64,000 bases of DNA, taken from an uncultured Gemmatimonadaceae bacterium (GTDB lineage: Bacteria > Gemmatimonadota > Gemmatimonadetes > Gemmatimonadales > Gemmatimonadaceae). Location: the NCBI GenBank assembly GCA_963822945.1, contig CAWGJO010000021.1, forward strand, positions 256,001 to 320,000, written 5' to 3'. Shown piece after piece: positions 19,911 to 30,494 of the stretch. The notes beneath the pieces are model-generated. The model saw only the letters and a program-made list of their open reading frames with translations. It searched no databases and was not told where the DNA came from. The position numbers and the translations under genes were made by a program. Numbering within the stretch: position 1 is the first letter of the stretch; every line of letters starts with the position of its first letter.

Positions 19911-20864
19911 TCAGGCGGCGGCGCGGGTGTCGGCGCGCGTCCAGGCGCGAATCGGGTCCAGATCGAAGGCCGCCAGAAAGGGCTCGACCTCCTCCAACGC
20001 CCCGACACGCTTGGCTTCAGCGCCCAGTCTGAGGGCAGCGGCGCGCGCCACCGCCGCGACGAGAGGATGCGGAGCCGCGCTCAGGGCCACGACGTCGGGC
20101 AACACGTCCCGAGCGCCGAGCTCGGCGGCCAGCACGGCCGCGAGCGCCCGCGGGTCCGCCGCTCCGCTGGGCGCATCGCAAATGGCGGCAACGAGCGCAT
20201 CGCGGGTGCGCACGCCGGAGATGGTGCCGCGAGCATGTCGATAGCTCTCGGGAGCGAGGGACAACCGCTCACCCAGCTCCCCCGTCCCGAGCACCCGCCG
20301 CGCCTCGGCGAGCAGACGCTCGAAGGCTGGCTCGAACGGGTCCTCCAGTGCCGTAGTGCCATCCAAGTCCAGGGCGATGGGCAGTGCTGCCTCTCGAGCG
20401 TAGCTCTCCAGGTGGGCCTCCAGACGCTCCAAGCTGACGGCACCGCGCGCGCGACCGAACAGGACGTCGCGCTCCGTTCGGATGGTCACCATGCTCCAGC
20501 GCGTGGATGGGGTCGCGTGATCCATGTCGTGAATGAACTCCACGGCCAGCGAGCGAACCGCAGCCCAGCGCAATACCCGTGGCGTCGGCTCGGAGTGCAC
20601 CAACACGCCCCACGGGACGATGGTCATGCGGTGCGCCGAGCTGCCACGACGCGTGGGCCCCGCTTCGCGCAAGGTCAAGAGCGTCGCGAGCACGCCGGCG
20701 ACCGTCGCGGCACACGCCGTGGAAAGCTCAGCTCCGCCCATGAACACGCCAGCGCCGAACGCGCCGAAGCCGGCTCCCGCAGCCAGGAGACGAACGTCGC
20801 GCGGGGGCGGTGCCGGCTCCAGGCTCACGTAGCGAAAGTCCGGGGGCGGTGCCGAGCGACTCAT
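19911..20864 (-). CDS. Hypothetical membrane protein
   Basis: 317-aa ORF, GGAGA RBS, two N-terminal hydrophobic segments. Confidence 0.65.
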   Translation of the reverse strand: MSRSAPPPDFRYVSLEPAPPPRDVRLLAAGAGFGAFGAGVFMGGAELSTACAATVAGVLATLLTLREAGPTRRGSSAHRMTIVPWGVLVHSEPTPRVLRWAAVRSLAVEFIHDMDHATPSTRWSMVTIRTERDVLFGRARGAVSLERLEAHLESYAREAALPIALDLDGTTALEDPFEPAFERLLAEARRVLGTGELGERLSLAPESYRHARGTISGVRTRDALVAAICDAPSGAADPRALAAVLAAELGARDVLPDVVALSAAPHPLVAAVARAAALRLGAEAKRVGALEEVEPFLAAFDLDPIRAWTRADTRAAA

Positions 20865-20979
20865 CTCCCCTCAGCGTAGCAGCGGAAAACACGTTGCGCT
20901 TGACGAACCCGGGCGCTGGCGATTTCGTAGTGCCGTGCCCATCCAGGGAGCCTCATTATCCGACGTGCTCGGTCGACCG

Positions 20980-22023
20980 ATGCAGGGCGTCGCCCGGATC
21001 GTGCTCGAGCATCATCGGGGTGAGCGCTTTCGCCCCATGGCCATCTTGGAGTTTTCCCTGGGGTTCATCTGCCTCCTGTGCCTGCTGCCGCTGATCATTT
21101 TGATCATGCTGTTCAGCGAGACCGATCTGGAGATCCCCACGGTGCGCGGGCGCTTCTACCAGCGCTGGCACGAGCTCCGGCTTCACCTGTTGGATCCCCC
21201 GGGGCGCGCTGTTTGGGGAACGACGGTGGTGCCCACGTCGGCGGAAGAGGGCCGGGCGACGGTCGCCGCGGTCCTGGCAGCGGCGGAGCGCGAGCAAGTG
21301 GTGGTTCAGGAAGTGCTCGCGGGACCGGTGAACGAGGTTCTGGAGACCTGGTACGGCGGTCGTCCGCTGCTCACGCATCCGGAGCTGCTCAACGAAGAGC
21401 AGTCGATCGCGGTGCTGACGCAGCACGGCGTCCAGGTGGTTCGCGAGCCGGATGCCTTGGTGCTCGTCGACGAAGCCGAGCCCCTGAGCACCGTTCAGCG
21501 CATGCTCGGCTGGCTGATGGCCATCGTGCTCGTACCGTTCGTTCCGCTGCTGCTGCTCATGGAGCAAGGCCGGCGCGCCCTGCGTTTGGCCTGGATGGAC
21601 CTGAGGGGAGGTCCCCCCACCCGTCGCGTGATCAGCGTGCGCGCCGAGACCCTCCGCACCCACAAAGAAAAGGGCCCGGAGCACTGGGACGAGACGGTGA
21701 TCGACGGCCGTGATCTGTTGGGCATCACGTTTTCGCCGACCCTGGGCTACGACCGCGACGTCACACGGCAACCCGCCAGCTTGCGCCTGATCGGGCGGCA
21801 GGGCTCGAGCACGTTGTCCTTGGCCCGGGCGGAGCAGGCCGGACGGGCACTCCGGGACGTGCTCTTGGCAGCCACCCTGCGCCTGCGCGAGGCCCGTCCG
21901 GAGCTGGGCCTGCTGGGCGAGGGGCCGCACCCGACGCGCTGTCCATTCTGCGCTGCGCGCTACGTGATGGCGCCCGGTGCGCGCTGTCCGAGCTGTGGCG
22001 CCCACGCGGGCACCACGCCCTGA
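20980..22023 (+). CDS. Hypothetical membrane protein with C-terminal zinc ribbon
   Basis: Two TM segments; CPFC…CPSC at the C-terminus; start could be 20935. Confidence 0.65.
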   Translation: MQGVARIVLEHHRGERFRPMAILEFSLGFICLLCLLPLIILIMLFSETDLEIPTVRGRFYQRWHELRLHLLDPPGRAVWGTTVVPTSAEEGRATVAAVLAAAEREQVVVQEVLAGPVNEVLETWYGGRPLLTHPELLNEEQSIAVLTQHGVQVVREPDALVLVDEAEPLSTVQRMLGWLMAIVLVPFVPLLLLMEQGRRALRLAWMDLRGGPPTRRVISVRAETLRTHKEKGPEHWDETVIDGRDLLGITFSPTLGYDRDVTRQPASLRLIGRQGSSTLSLARAEQAGRALRDVLLAATLRLREARPELGLLGEGPHPTRCPFCAARYVMAPGARCPSCGAHAGTTP

Positions 22024-22024
22024 G

Positions 22025-23404
22025 TCACGGGAAGATCTCGCGCTCTTCGTAGACCTGTTGCAGCCGCTGCAGCGCGACGACGTAGCACGCCGTACGGTAG
22101 TCGCAGCCGAAGTTGTTCGCCGCATGCACCATGCGGCTGTAGGCCTGGGACATCGCTTCTTGCAGCCGCTGGTCCACCTCGGCCAGGGACCACTGCTCGC
22201 TGCGGCGGTTTTGCACCCACTCGTAGTAGCTCACGGTCACGCCGCCCGCGTTGGCAATCACGTCGGGAAGTACGTCGATGCCGCGTCGCAGCAGCACGGC
22301 TTCCCCTTCCGGCGTGGTGGGCCCGTTGGCACCCTCCGCCACCAGCTTGACCTGCAGCGCCTCGGCCTCCTTGAGGCCAACCTGATTTTCCAGCGCGGCG
22401 GGCGCGAAGATGTCAGCTTGAACCGAGAAGAATTCGTCGCGATCGATTTCCTTGCCGTTCGGGTAGCCGGCAATGCTGCCGTGCTCTTGAACGTAGGACT
22501 GTAGGCGGTGCGCGTTGAAGCCCTCGGGGTTGTACAGGTATCCGGTGTGATCCCCGACGGCGACCAGTGACACACCCAGATGACTGAGCAACACGGCTGC
22601 GTGGGAACCCACGTTGCCGAAGCCCTGCACGATGAGCTTCTTGCCTTCGAGCTCGTAGCCGCCGCGACGGGCCCATTCCACGATGCAGTGCACCAACCCC
22701 TGACCGGTGGCCTTTTCTCGGCCGTAGGTGCCGCCGCTGGTGATCGGCTTGCCGGTGACCACGCCCATCACCGCTTGCTTGCTGACCATGCCGACGGTGT
22801 TCATGTAGGTGTCCATGGCCCAAGCCATGGTCTGAGCGCCGGTCCCCATGTCCGGTGCCGGCACGTCGTAGTCCGGCCCGATGTTGGAGCCCAGGGCGTG
22901 GAAGAAGCGCCGCGTGATGCGCTGCACCTCGCTGCGAGAGACGTTTCGCGGATTGAACTTGATGCCGCCCTTGGCGCCACCGAAGGGCAAGTTCATCAGC
23001 GAGCACTTCCACGTCATCAGCGAGGCGAGCGCCTTGAAGTCGTCCAAGGACGCAGACTCGTGGAAGCGCATGCCGCCCTTGTAGGGTCCCAGGATGTTGG
23101 AGTGCTGGATGCGGTAGCCCTTGAACAGACGAAACTCGCCGCTGTCCATGCGCACCGGGAAGTGAACGATGATCTCGTTCTTCGGCTGACTCAGAATGCG
23201 CGCGATGTAGTCGGGCATCTTGATCAGCCGACAGGCCCGATCCAAGTAACCCTGAACGACCTGGAAGAACTCGTAGCGATCGTCGCCCGCTTGCTCGGTC
23301 GGATCGACGTATGACAGTCGCCCGGGCTCGTGCTGGCCATCGCCCGCGGGAACGTCGTGGTACGGCTCGCTGGTGGAAGCCGGGGGCTCGGTAATGTGCG
23401 TCAT
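22025..23404 (-). CDS. gdhA: Glutamate dehydrogenase (Glu/Leu/Phe/Val dehydrogenase family)
   Basis: GPYKGGMRF, LPFGGAKGG, DVPAPD, VQGFGNVG, EGANGP, NAGGVTVSYYEW. Confidence 0.93.
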   Translation of the reverse strand: MTHITEPPASTSEPYHDVPAGDGQHEPGRLSYVDPTEQAGDDRYEFFQVVQGYLDRACRLIKMPDYIARILSQPKNEIIVHFPVRMDSGEFRLFKGYRIQHSNILGPYKGGMRFHESASLDDFKALASLMTWKCSLMNLPFGGAKGGIKFNPRNVSRSEVQRITRRFFHALGSNIGPDYDVPAPDMGTGAQTMAWAMDTYMNTVGMVSKQAVMGVVTGKPITSGGTYGREKATGQGLVHCIVEWARRGGYELEGKKLIVQGFGNVGSHAAVLLSHLGVSLVAVGDHTGYLYNPEGFNAHRLQSYVQEHGSIAGYPNGKEIDRDEFFSVQADIFAPAALENQVGLKEAEALQVKLVAEGANGPTTPEGEAVLLRRGIDVLPDVIANAGGVTVSYYEWVQNRRSEQWSLAEVDQRLQEAMSQAYSRMVHAANNFGCDYRTACYVVALQRLQQVYEEREIFP

Positions 23405-23502
23405 CGCTGTGCCACTCCCAGTCGTTCTCGGGTCGAGAACGGCAAGTTTTGCCCGGGTTTAGGCACAGCCGCGTTTTTTTGCAACAACGCGTCGCGTCAG
23501 CT

Positions 23503-24322
23503 CTAGCCGCGAAATGCAGTGTACAGATACACCAGCGGAGCGACGATCAGGAGCGCGTCGATGCGATCGAGGATGCCGCCGTGACCGGGAACGATCCAAC
23601 CCGAGTCCTTGATACCCGTTGATCGTTTCAGCAGCGACTCTACCAGGTCGCCCATCTGACCGAGGCTTCCTGCCACGATGGCCAAAGGCACGGCGTGCTC
23701 CAGTGGGATGCTGGGCAGGTACCAGAAGTGGGCCACCACCGCGCCCAGAACCGAGCCGCCCAGCGAGCCGAAGAACCCCTCCCGCGTCTTCTTGGGGCTC
23801 ACCGCCTCGTACAGCTTGGTCTTGCCCAGGAAGCGTCCGGCGAAGTAGCCCCCCGTGTCCCCGAACCAGGCGAAGGTCAGCGTCATCACCACGTAGTGCG
23901 GGCCCGAGGTCACCCTGATCTCGACGCACGAGGGCGATGGTCGTGAGCAGGGCGCCGATGTAAAAAGGCCCCGCCACGTTGGCCATGACGCGTAGCCCCG
24001 CCGAGGGAATTTCCCCCAGTCGCCACAGCGGAAGCAAGACGCCCACGATGGGAACGAGCAGAACGACGGCCAGGAGCTTCTTTGGCTCGTCACTGAAAAA
24101 GTAAACGCCCGCCGATACTCCCACCGTCATGGCAATACCGAGGCCCTGGGCCACGCGATCGCCCGGGTGCGTCATGCCGAACAGCTCCGAAGCGCCCACC
24201 AGACAAGCGCAGGCCACCAAGGTGTACCAACCCCAAACCGGGCCCCAGAACATCAGGGCCAGCAAGAGGGGGACGACGACGATTGCCGTCAGCACCCGCA
24301 CCAGGAGGTTGCTCTTCGCCAA
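23503..24322 (-). CDS. cdsA: Phosphatidate cytidylyltransferase (one frameshift)
   Basis: DTGGYFAG, VSPKKT.EG, GDLVESLLKR, KDSG..VPGHGGILDRID. Confidence 0.93.
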
Positions 24323-24373
24323 GGGCGCCCTGGTTATCAGCCCGCGGGCCGCGCGCCAAGCGCGTCGAGGCGG

Positions 24374-24718
24374 TTACAGGCAGGTATCGTCGTATCCTGG
24401 CGGAGCCACCTGACAGCCGGCAGGGCAAACCTCGCTCGAGGCCAGCGCTCCGCCAGAGCACAGATAGCGCGTGCTCGGATCACCATAGGAGAATTGGCTC
24501 GAGCCGCCGCAGTACCAGCCGCTCGCCTTGCCGGCACACGGGCTGGCGGTGGTGCAAACGTCGTCACTCCCCGGCGGATTGACCTGACAACCGTTGGCGC
24601 ACACTTCGCTGGAAGCGAGTGCGCCGCCGGAGCACAGGTAGCGCGTACTCGCATCGCCATAGGAGAACTGACTCGAGCCGCCGCAGTACCAGCCGCTCGC
24701 TTTGCCGGCACACGGGCT
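24374..24718 (-). repeat. Direct repeat with 174-bp period (two roughly 58-aa Cys-rich modules)
   Basis: Near-identical nucleotide and protein units starting at 24718 and 24544. Confidence 0.85.
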
Positions 24719-26299
24719 CGAGGTGCCCCCGCCGGTGCCGCCGCTGCCACCGCTGCCGCCCGTGCCGCCGGTCCCGCCACCGCTGCCGCCGGTGCCACCG
24801 CCGCTGCCGCCGGTTCCGCCGGTTCCGCCGGTTCCGCCGGTTCCGCCGCTGCCGCTCGCCGAACAGAAGCCGAAGCCGAGATCCGGATAGCCGGAGTACA
24901 CGTCGAAGTCGCCGATGACCCAGTCCAGATTGAACAGCTTCACGTCCGCTTCGGCCAGCGTGTAGTCGATCTTGAGCGGCGGAATGAACAAGCCCAGCTT
25001 GGCGCCCACGCCCATCGCGTAGTTCTGCGTGAGGTTCAGGTTCACGTCGACCTTCGGGATCTCCGAGGTACCGTCGCAAGATTGAGCGGCCGAAGCCTTG
25101 GCCGTCGCCGAGGCGGACACGTAGATGTAGGGCCCGGCAACGCCGTAGAAGATCAGAGAGAAGGTCGGCTTCAGCTTGCAGCTCGCTTCCGCGTCGAGCG
25201 CGCCGGTAACGCTGACCTCATCCGGCTGGATGTCCCAGTTCTTGTCGGCGATGGGTGACCAGCCCTCCTGTCCGTTCTTGTTCAGGTACTTCGCGCCGAT
25301 CTTCAGCGTCGCGCTGGCCTTGGTTCCGGCTTTCGCCGTCACCGTGCCCTTGAACTTCACGCCACAAGACAGCCCCAGATCGAAGTTGAGCGTCGAGACG
25401 ACGGGGATGGGACCGATGGGCGTGGGCACCCACCAGGTGGGCAAGTTGATGGAGTGTGACGCCACCTTCGCGTTGAACTCCGGGATGGGACCGCCGCTCG
25501 CAAACGCCGTGAGCTGGTCGGCAAACGCTTTCTTTTCGGCGGGGGTGGCCTCGCCCAGCGCCGTCTTCCAATCCACGCCAGCGGAAAAACCCGTCTCGAA
25601 CTGAAACTGACTCGATACCTCGGCGTCCCACTGACCTTGAAGGTAGGCCTGAAACTCCTCGAGCTTGCCGTTCTTGATGTCGAACACGAGCCCGGTGTCG
25701 GGCTTGAACGAGAGCTTCCCCTTACCGATGTCGACGGTCGCCTTTGCGTAGAAATTCCCCGTCAGCGGTACGCCCTTCAAGTTGATCTTGATGTCCGGGG
25801 ACTTCACCTCCAACGGGCCGAACTTCAGCCCCGCAAAGTCGATGGTCGGCAAAGCCGTGGCCTTCACCGCCATTGCGTGGCTCGCGGGTGCGGTGGGAGT
25901 GGGCGGTTTCAGCTCCGTCGACTGCCGCCCGTCCACGATCATGTCGGTGACGTAGGCCGGACTCGTGTCGACGATGATCTCGTCGCCCACCACCGACACG
26001 GACTCGACGGTCCGCAGAAAGCCGTCGGGGTTCTGGTTCACGGTGCTGGCCGGCGAGGCGCGATCCCCAACTAGAAGGTCGCCCTTCACTCGCTCCAAGA
26101 TCTCCGAGTGGGTGGCCTTGGGAAAACGCAGGCGGTCCGCTTCGACGATCACGTCGTCCACCGCGGTCACCACGTTGGTGTTCTCCGCAGCGACGACGGG
26201 CCGGTCCTCGTTGCTGGCGACCTCGTCATCCGAGGAGCAACCCCCGGCGACTGCGCCAGCAACGAGCAACCCTGCCAGCCAGCGCCATTTGAAGCTCAT
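24374..26299 (-). CDS. Large lipoprotein: beta-rich core, Gly/Thr linker, two C-terminal Cys-rich repeats
   Basis: AVAGGC lipobox; 641-aa ORF; duplicated SPCAGKASGWYCGGSSQFSYGD module. Confidence 0.8.
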   Translation of the reverse strand: MSFKWRWLAGLLVAGAVAGGCSSDDEVASNEDRPVVAAENTNVVTAVDDVIVEADRLRFPKATHSEILERVKGDLLVGDRASPASTVNQNPDGFLRTVESVSVVGDEIIVDTSPAYVTDMIVDGRQSTELKPPTPTAPASHAMAVKATALPTIDFAGLKFGPLEVKSPDIKINLKGVPLTGNFYAKATVDIGKGKLSFKPDTGLVFDIKNGKLEEFQAYLQGQWDAEVSSQFQFETGFSAGVDWKTALGEATPAEKKAFADQLTAFASGGPIPEFNAKVASHSINLPTWWVPTPIGPIPVVSTLNFDLGLSCGVKFKGTVTAKAGTKASATLKIGAKYLNKNGQEGWSPIADKNWDIQPDEVSVTGALDAEASCKLKPTFSLIFYGVAGPYIYVSASATAKASAAQSCDGTSEIPKVDVNLNLTQNYAMGVGAKLGLFIPPLKIDYTLAEADVKLFNLDWVIGDFDVYSGYPDLGFGFCSASGSGGTGGTGGTGGTGGSGGGTGGSGGGTGGTGGSGGSGGTGGGTSSPCAGKASGWYCGGSSQFSYGDASTRYLCSGGALASSEVCANGCQVNPPGSDDVCTTASPCAGKASGWYCGGSSQFSYGDPSTRYLCSGGALASSEVCPAGCQVAPPGYDDTCL

Positions 26300-26371
26300 G
26301 AGCGGACCTCCCGAGACCTAGCTGACAGCTTACATCGATTTCCACCGGGACCGCTGCTAGCAGGAACGTAC

Positions 26372-26813
26372 GTGATTGATTGGCATCACTTACCCCAGCC
26401 TTTCGAGGAGCTCGACCACACCGCAGACGCGGGGGTTGTCGTGAGAGGTGCGGACGCGGAGCAGGTCCTCGCACGTTTGGTGCTGGCCCTGTCGTCGCTG
26501 CTCACGGCCGGTGGCGCGGTGAAGCCCGATGGAATGCTCCGCGTGCGTGTCGAGCCGGGGGATCGCGCCGCCATGGCCGTGGACGTGTTGCGCGAGCTGC
26601 TCTACCGCTTCGAGGTGGAAGGCATGGTGCCCGAGAGCTGCGCGGTGCTGCGTGCTCGATCCCGAAACCGGGGCCGAGGTGGAAGTGGGCTACGGCCCCT
26701 ATGATCCCGAAGCGCACATCGACGGGCTCACGCTCAAGGCCGTTACGCTGCACGAGGCGCGCTTCGAGCGCGACGGCGACGGCTGGGTGGCGCAAGTCGT
26801 ATTCGACGTGTGA
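26372..26813 (+). CDS. Archease (RtcB activator), one frameshift
   Basis: ELDHTADA, LKAVTLH and terminal VVFDV archease motifs; directly upstream of rtcB. Confidence 0.88.
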
Positions 26814-26821
26814 GGTGCACC

Positions 26822-28283
26822 ATGGCGCTGAAGCTCAGACAGGTCGGTCCCTTCAGCTGGGAGATCCCGCGCGAAGGGCGCATGAGGGTGCCCGGCCGGG
26901 TGTATCTGGCGCCGGCGCAGCTCGAGACCGTGCGCTCGGACAAGGCGCTGGAGCAGGTCGCCAACGTCGCTCATCTGCCGGGCATTCTCGGCTGCCAGCC
27001 TGGCCATGCCGGACATCCACTGGGGCTACGGCTTTCCCATCGGCGGCGTGGCCGCGGTGGACGCGCAGGACGGCGCCGTCTCCCCCGGCGGTGTGGGCTA
27101 CGACATCAACTGCGGTTGTCCGCGTGCTCACCACCACGCTGCACGCGGACGAAGTGCGCCCGCGCATGCACGACATCGTGACGCGCCTGTTCAACGCCAT
27201 CCCCACCGGCGTGGGCTCCAGCAACGCCATCGAGAACGCTGTCCCCCGGCGAGCTTCGCCGGGTGATGAGGCAGGGCGCCGCCTGGGCCATCGAGCGCGG
27301 CTTTGCCGCCGGCAGCGACGACCTGCTCCGTACAGAAGAAGAGGGTTGTTTGTCCGGCGCGGAGCCGAGCGCGGTGAGCGATCGCGCGCTCGGTCGCGGC
27401 GCGGGGCAGCTCGGGACCCTGGGCAGCGGCAACCACTTCCTGGAAGTGCAGCTCGTGGACGAGATCTACGACGCGGAGGCCGCGGCCGCGTTCGGCCTGC
27501 GCCAGGGCGAGGTCACGGTGATGATCCACTCCGGCTCCCGCGGCCTGGGTCACCAGGTGTGCGACGAGACCCTGCACGAGCTGTCTCGGAGCTACGCAGA
27601 GCTTCGGCGCCGACTACGCGGCGCTACCGGATCGCCAGCTCGCCTGCGCGCCGATCGGTTCGGACATCGGGCAGAGCTACCTCGGCGCCATGCAGGCGGC
27701 GGCCAACTTCGCCTGGGCCAATCGCCAGGTGATGACCGGGCTCGCGGTCCGCGCCCTGGCCCACGCCTTGGGCATGGCCGAGAGCGGCGTCGGCGCGCGC
27801 GCTTGCTCTACGACGTGTGCCACAACATCGCGAAGTTCGAGCAGCACGAGGTCGAGCGGTGAGCAGCGGCGCGTGCTGGTGCACCGCAAGGGCGCGACCC
27901 GCGCGTTCGGTCCCGGCGACCCGCGCGTGCCCGAGAGCTACCGCGCCGTGGGGCAGCCGGTGCTGATCCCCGGCGACATGGGCCGCTACTCCTTCGTGCT
28001 CGCCGGCAATGCCGCCGCCATGCGGGAGACGTTCGGCTCCTCCTGCCACGGCGCGGGCCGCGTGCTGTCCCGCAAAGCGGCGCTCAAGAAGGCCAAGGGA
28101 CGCCGCATCGATCGCGAGCTCCGGGAGCGCGGCATCGAAGTGATGAGCAAGGGTTTGCGCACCCTGGCGGAGGAGATGAGCGAAGCCTACAAGGACGTGG
28201 CCGACGTGGTCGACGTCATCGACGGTGCCGGCATATCGCGCAAGGTCGCGCGGCTGGTCCCGCTGGGCGTGATCAAGGGGTGA
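26822..28283 (+). CDS. rtcB: RNA-splicing/repair ligase RtcB (several frameshifts)
   Basis: [72 protein letters not shown]. Confidence 0.95.
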
Positions 28284-28412
28284 TGCGCACGCGGGGTTCC
28301 CGCTAAAAGGGATTCCGGTCGAGCGGACCGACCCAGAAAACGAAATGCGGCGGCGCAGGGACTGACGACTCCTGCGAGCTCGACACGACGGCAAACCTGG
28401 TACCATGGTTTC

Positions 28413-29476
28413 GTGAGGGTGGACCCGGCGGTTTCCGTGCTCGAGGCGTCCTACCGTCTGCTCGACGACGACGAGAGCTGGCTGGCGGGCCTCGGCCACG
28501 CCCTCACGCCGCTTGTCGGAGGGCTCCAGCGTGGTGTGCAGCCTGGTCACCCGCGGGCAGAAGGTGAAGATCGAACGAGCGCGTCACCGTGCCGGCCGAC
28601 CCGGAGCTGGAGGCCTTGACCGCCCGCATCGAACGCATGATTCCCCACGCCCTCCGTCGCAAGATGCATTTGCGGTTCGGATGCGAGAGCGCGTCGGGGT
28701 TCGCGCAGTCGATCGCGGGTCGCTACGCCGACAAGTCGATGCAGCTTCTGTACGGCCGAACGCTGTATCCCCTCGGCTATCGCGACATCTTCAACGTGCA
28801 GGCCGCCGATCCGAACGGTTGGTCCGTCTGGTGCGCGCTCACGACTCGCCAACGGGTGAACATCCATCCCCGCGCCGCCGCGACCTGGCGACGCGCAGCC
28901 GTGCACGTGCTCGCGGGCTTTCGCTTGCGCAACGTGCTGGCCGAGCTGCCCGAGCGGGATCCCTTTGCCGCGGCCGAAGCCGTGCTCGACGTCGACGGCA
29001 AGCTGGCCCACGCCGAAGGCTCCGCGCGCGACGGCGCCCGCCGTGAGGAACTGCGCGAGGCCGTCAAAGCCGTGGACCGCGCGCGCAGTCGCGCCTTACG
29101 CGACAACCCGGAAGAAGCTCTGGAGCTGTGGCGCGCGCTGTTTTCCGGACGCTGGAGCATCGCGGAGGTGTTCGACTCGGACCAGCGCCGCTACTACCTC
29201 GCGTTCGAAAACGAGCCCCAAGCCGTCGAGGACCGGCGGCTCACGCGGCGGGAAGGACAGGTTGCCATGCTCGCCGCCCTGGGCCGGGACGACGCCGCCA
29301 TGGCCTACGAGCTGGGAATTTCCATGGCCACGGTGCGGACCCATCTCGAGCGCGGCCTGCGTAAGCTCGGGCTCCGCTCCCGGCGTCAGCTGATCGGCTT
29401 GTCAGGCTCGCTGTCGGTGGGACCGAGCAGCAAGGCCAAGAGCTCGAGCCGATTGCACACTCCCAGCTTGCGGTAG
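28413..29476 (+). CDS. LuxR-family transcriptional regulator with C-terminal HTH (one frameshift)
   Basis: LTRREGQV…AYELGISMATVRTHLERGLRKLGLRSR. Confidence 0.82.
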
Positions 29477-29685
29477 ATGGACTGAATCTGGTTGCCGACG
29501 GTCCGCACGCTGGTGCAGCGTTGCGCGGCGATGGTCGCGTCAGCCTCGCCATCGAGCAGCATGCGGCACACTTCCTGCTCTGCGGCGGTCAACTCCTGAG
29601 CAGGCTCGACCGCCTGACTGACAACGGCAAAGCGCTGCCCCCGCTGTTCGAAGAAACCGATCCTGCGCTTGGTCGAGTCCGACAC
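29386..29685 (-). CDS. Small stand-alone LuxR-type HTH protein
   Basis: LTAAEQEV…IAAQRCTSVRTVGNQIQSIYRKLGV.NRLEL. Confidence 0.82.
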   Translation of the reverse strand: MSDSTKRRIGFFEQRGQRFAVVSQAVEPAQELTAAEQEVCRMLLDGEADATIAAQRCTSVRTVGNQIQSIYRKLGVCNRLELLALLLGPTDSEPDKPIS

Positions 29686-29739
29686 CCGGCCAATATTACA
29701 CCCCCGTAAGCTCCAGACGCCCGTCGCGTTGTCCTGTCC

Positions 29740-30402
29740 ATGCACCGGCTCCCACTCGCCCTGATGGCCCTGGCCTGCACGCCGACGAAGCCCGTGCCGC
29801 CGGCCGAACCTGTGGTGGTGTCCCCGGCGACCACCACCGCGGCCCCGCTCCCGGCGACGCGCCAGACGAGCTGCGCCGGCGGCGATCTGGACGTCATCGC
29901 GGTGCTCGGCTCGCGGGGTTGCGTGGTGCCGGGCCTGACCGCAGCGGAAGCGCCGCCGCCCGATGCGCGCCTCGCCCTGCGCGTGGACACCGCCAAGGGC
30001 ACCTGTTTCCGCTGTACCGAGCTGAACGTCAGCATCGACAATCCGAGCGCCGAGCCGCTGGACCTATACCTGGCCGTCGACAACGGTCGCTTCTGCGCTG
30101 CTTCGTCGGCGCCCGCGGTGGACGGAGCACTGGGCAGCAGTGTCTGCTCGCTGGTCGCGGGCACCGTGGACGGCCAGCGCGCCGTAGCGCGGCTCGAGAT
30201 CGCACCGCACGGGCGCGCGCGCGTGCTCGGCCTCCACTTCGTGGCGAACGCATTGGAGGAACGGTCGTTTGCCGACGGCAGTGCAACCGGCTGGTTCGAC
30301 GCGCCCTTTCCCCCGGGCAGCTACTCCGTGAACGTGGTCGTTCCCGTCGCCGGCACCCGCGACGCACGAATGGTCGCACCGGTTGTCGTGAACGTCCCCT
30401 GA
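29740..30402 (+). CDS. Hypothetical Cys-containing lipoprotein
   Basis: MHRLPLALMALAC lipobox, Pro/Ala linker. Confidence 0.7.
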   Translation: MHRLPLALMALACTPTKPVPPAEPVVVSPATTTAAPLPATRQTSCAGGDLDVIAVLGSRGCVVPGLTAAEAPPPDARLALRVDTAKGTCFRCTELNVSIDNPSAEPLDLYLAVDNGRFCAASSAPAVDGALGSSVCSLVAGTVDGQRAVARLEIAPHGRARVLGLHFVANALEERSFADGSATGWFDAPFPPGSYSVNVVVPVAGTRDARMVAPVVVNVP

Positions 30403-30494
30403 CACGCGCGAGGACTGGGAGCGGGATCTGCGCAGCGGACGATGCCTTCCGCGCGCGAGGCAGCCGCGGATCACTGCTATCCCACGCGCGCCGC

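Noticed and set aside
24722..24858. Short tandem repeats resembling a CRISPR or VNTR array (also 4823-4893 and 42117-42175)
   Set aside because: In-frame low-complexity Gly/Thr or Pro/Thr linkers with no unique spacers; no cas genes in the window.
28388..28430. GGCAAACC motif suggesting a c-di-GMP-I riboswitch
   Set aside because: The downstream GNRA stem and GACGCAAAGC-type elements are absent.
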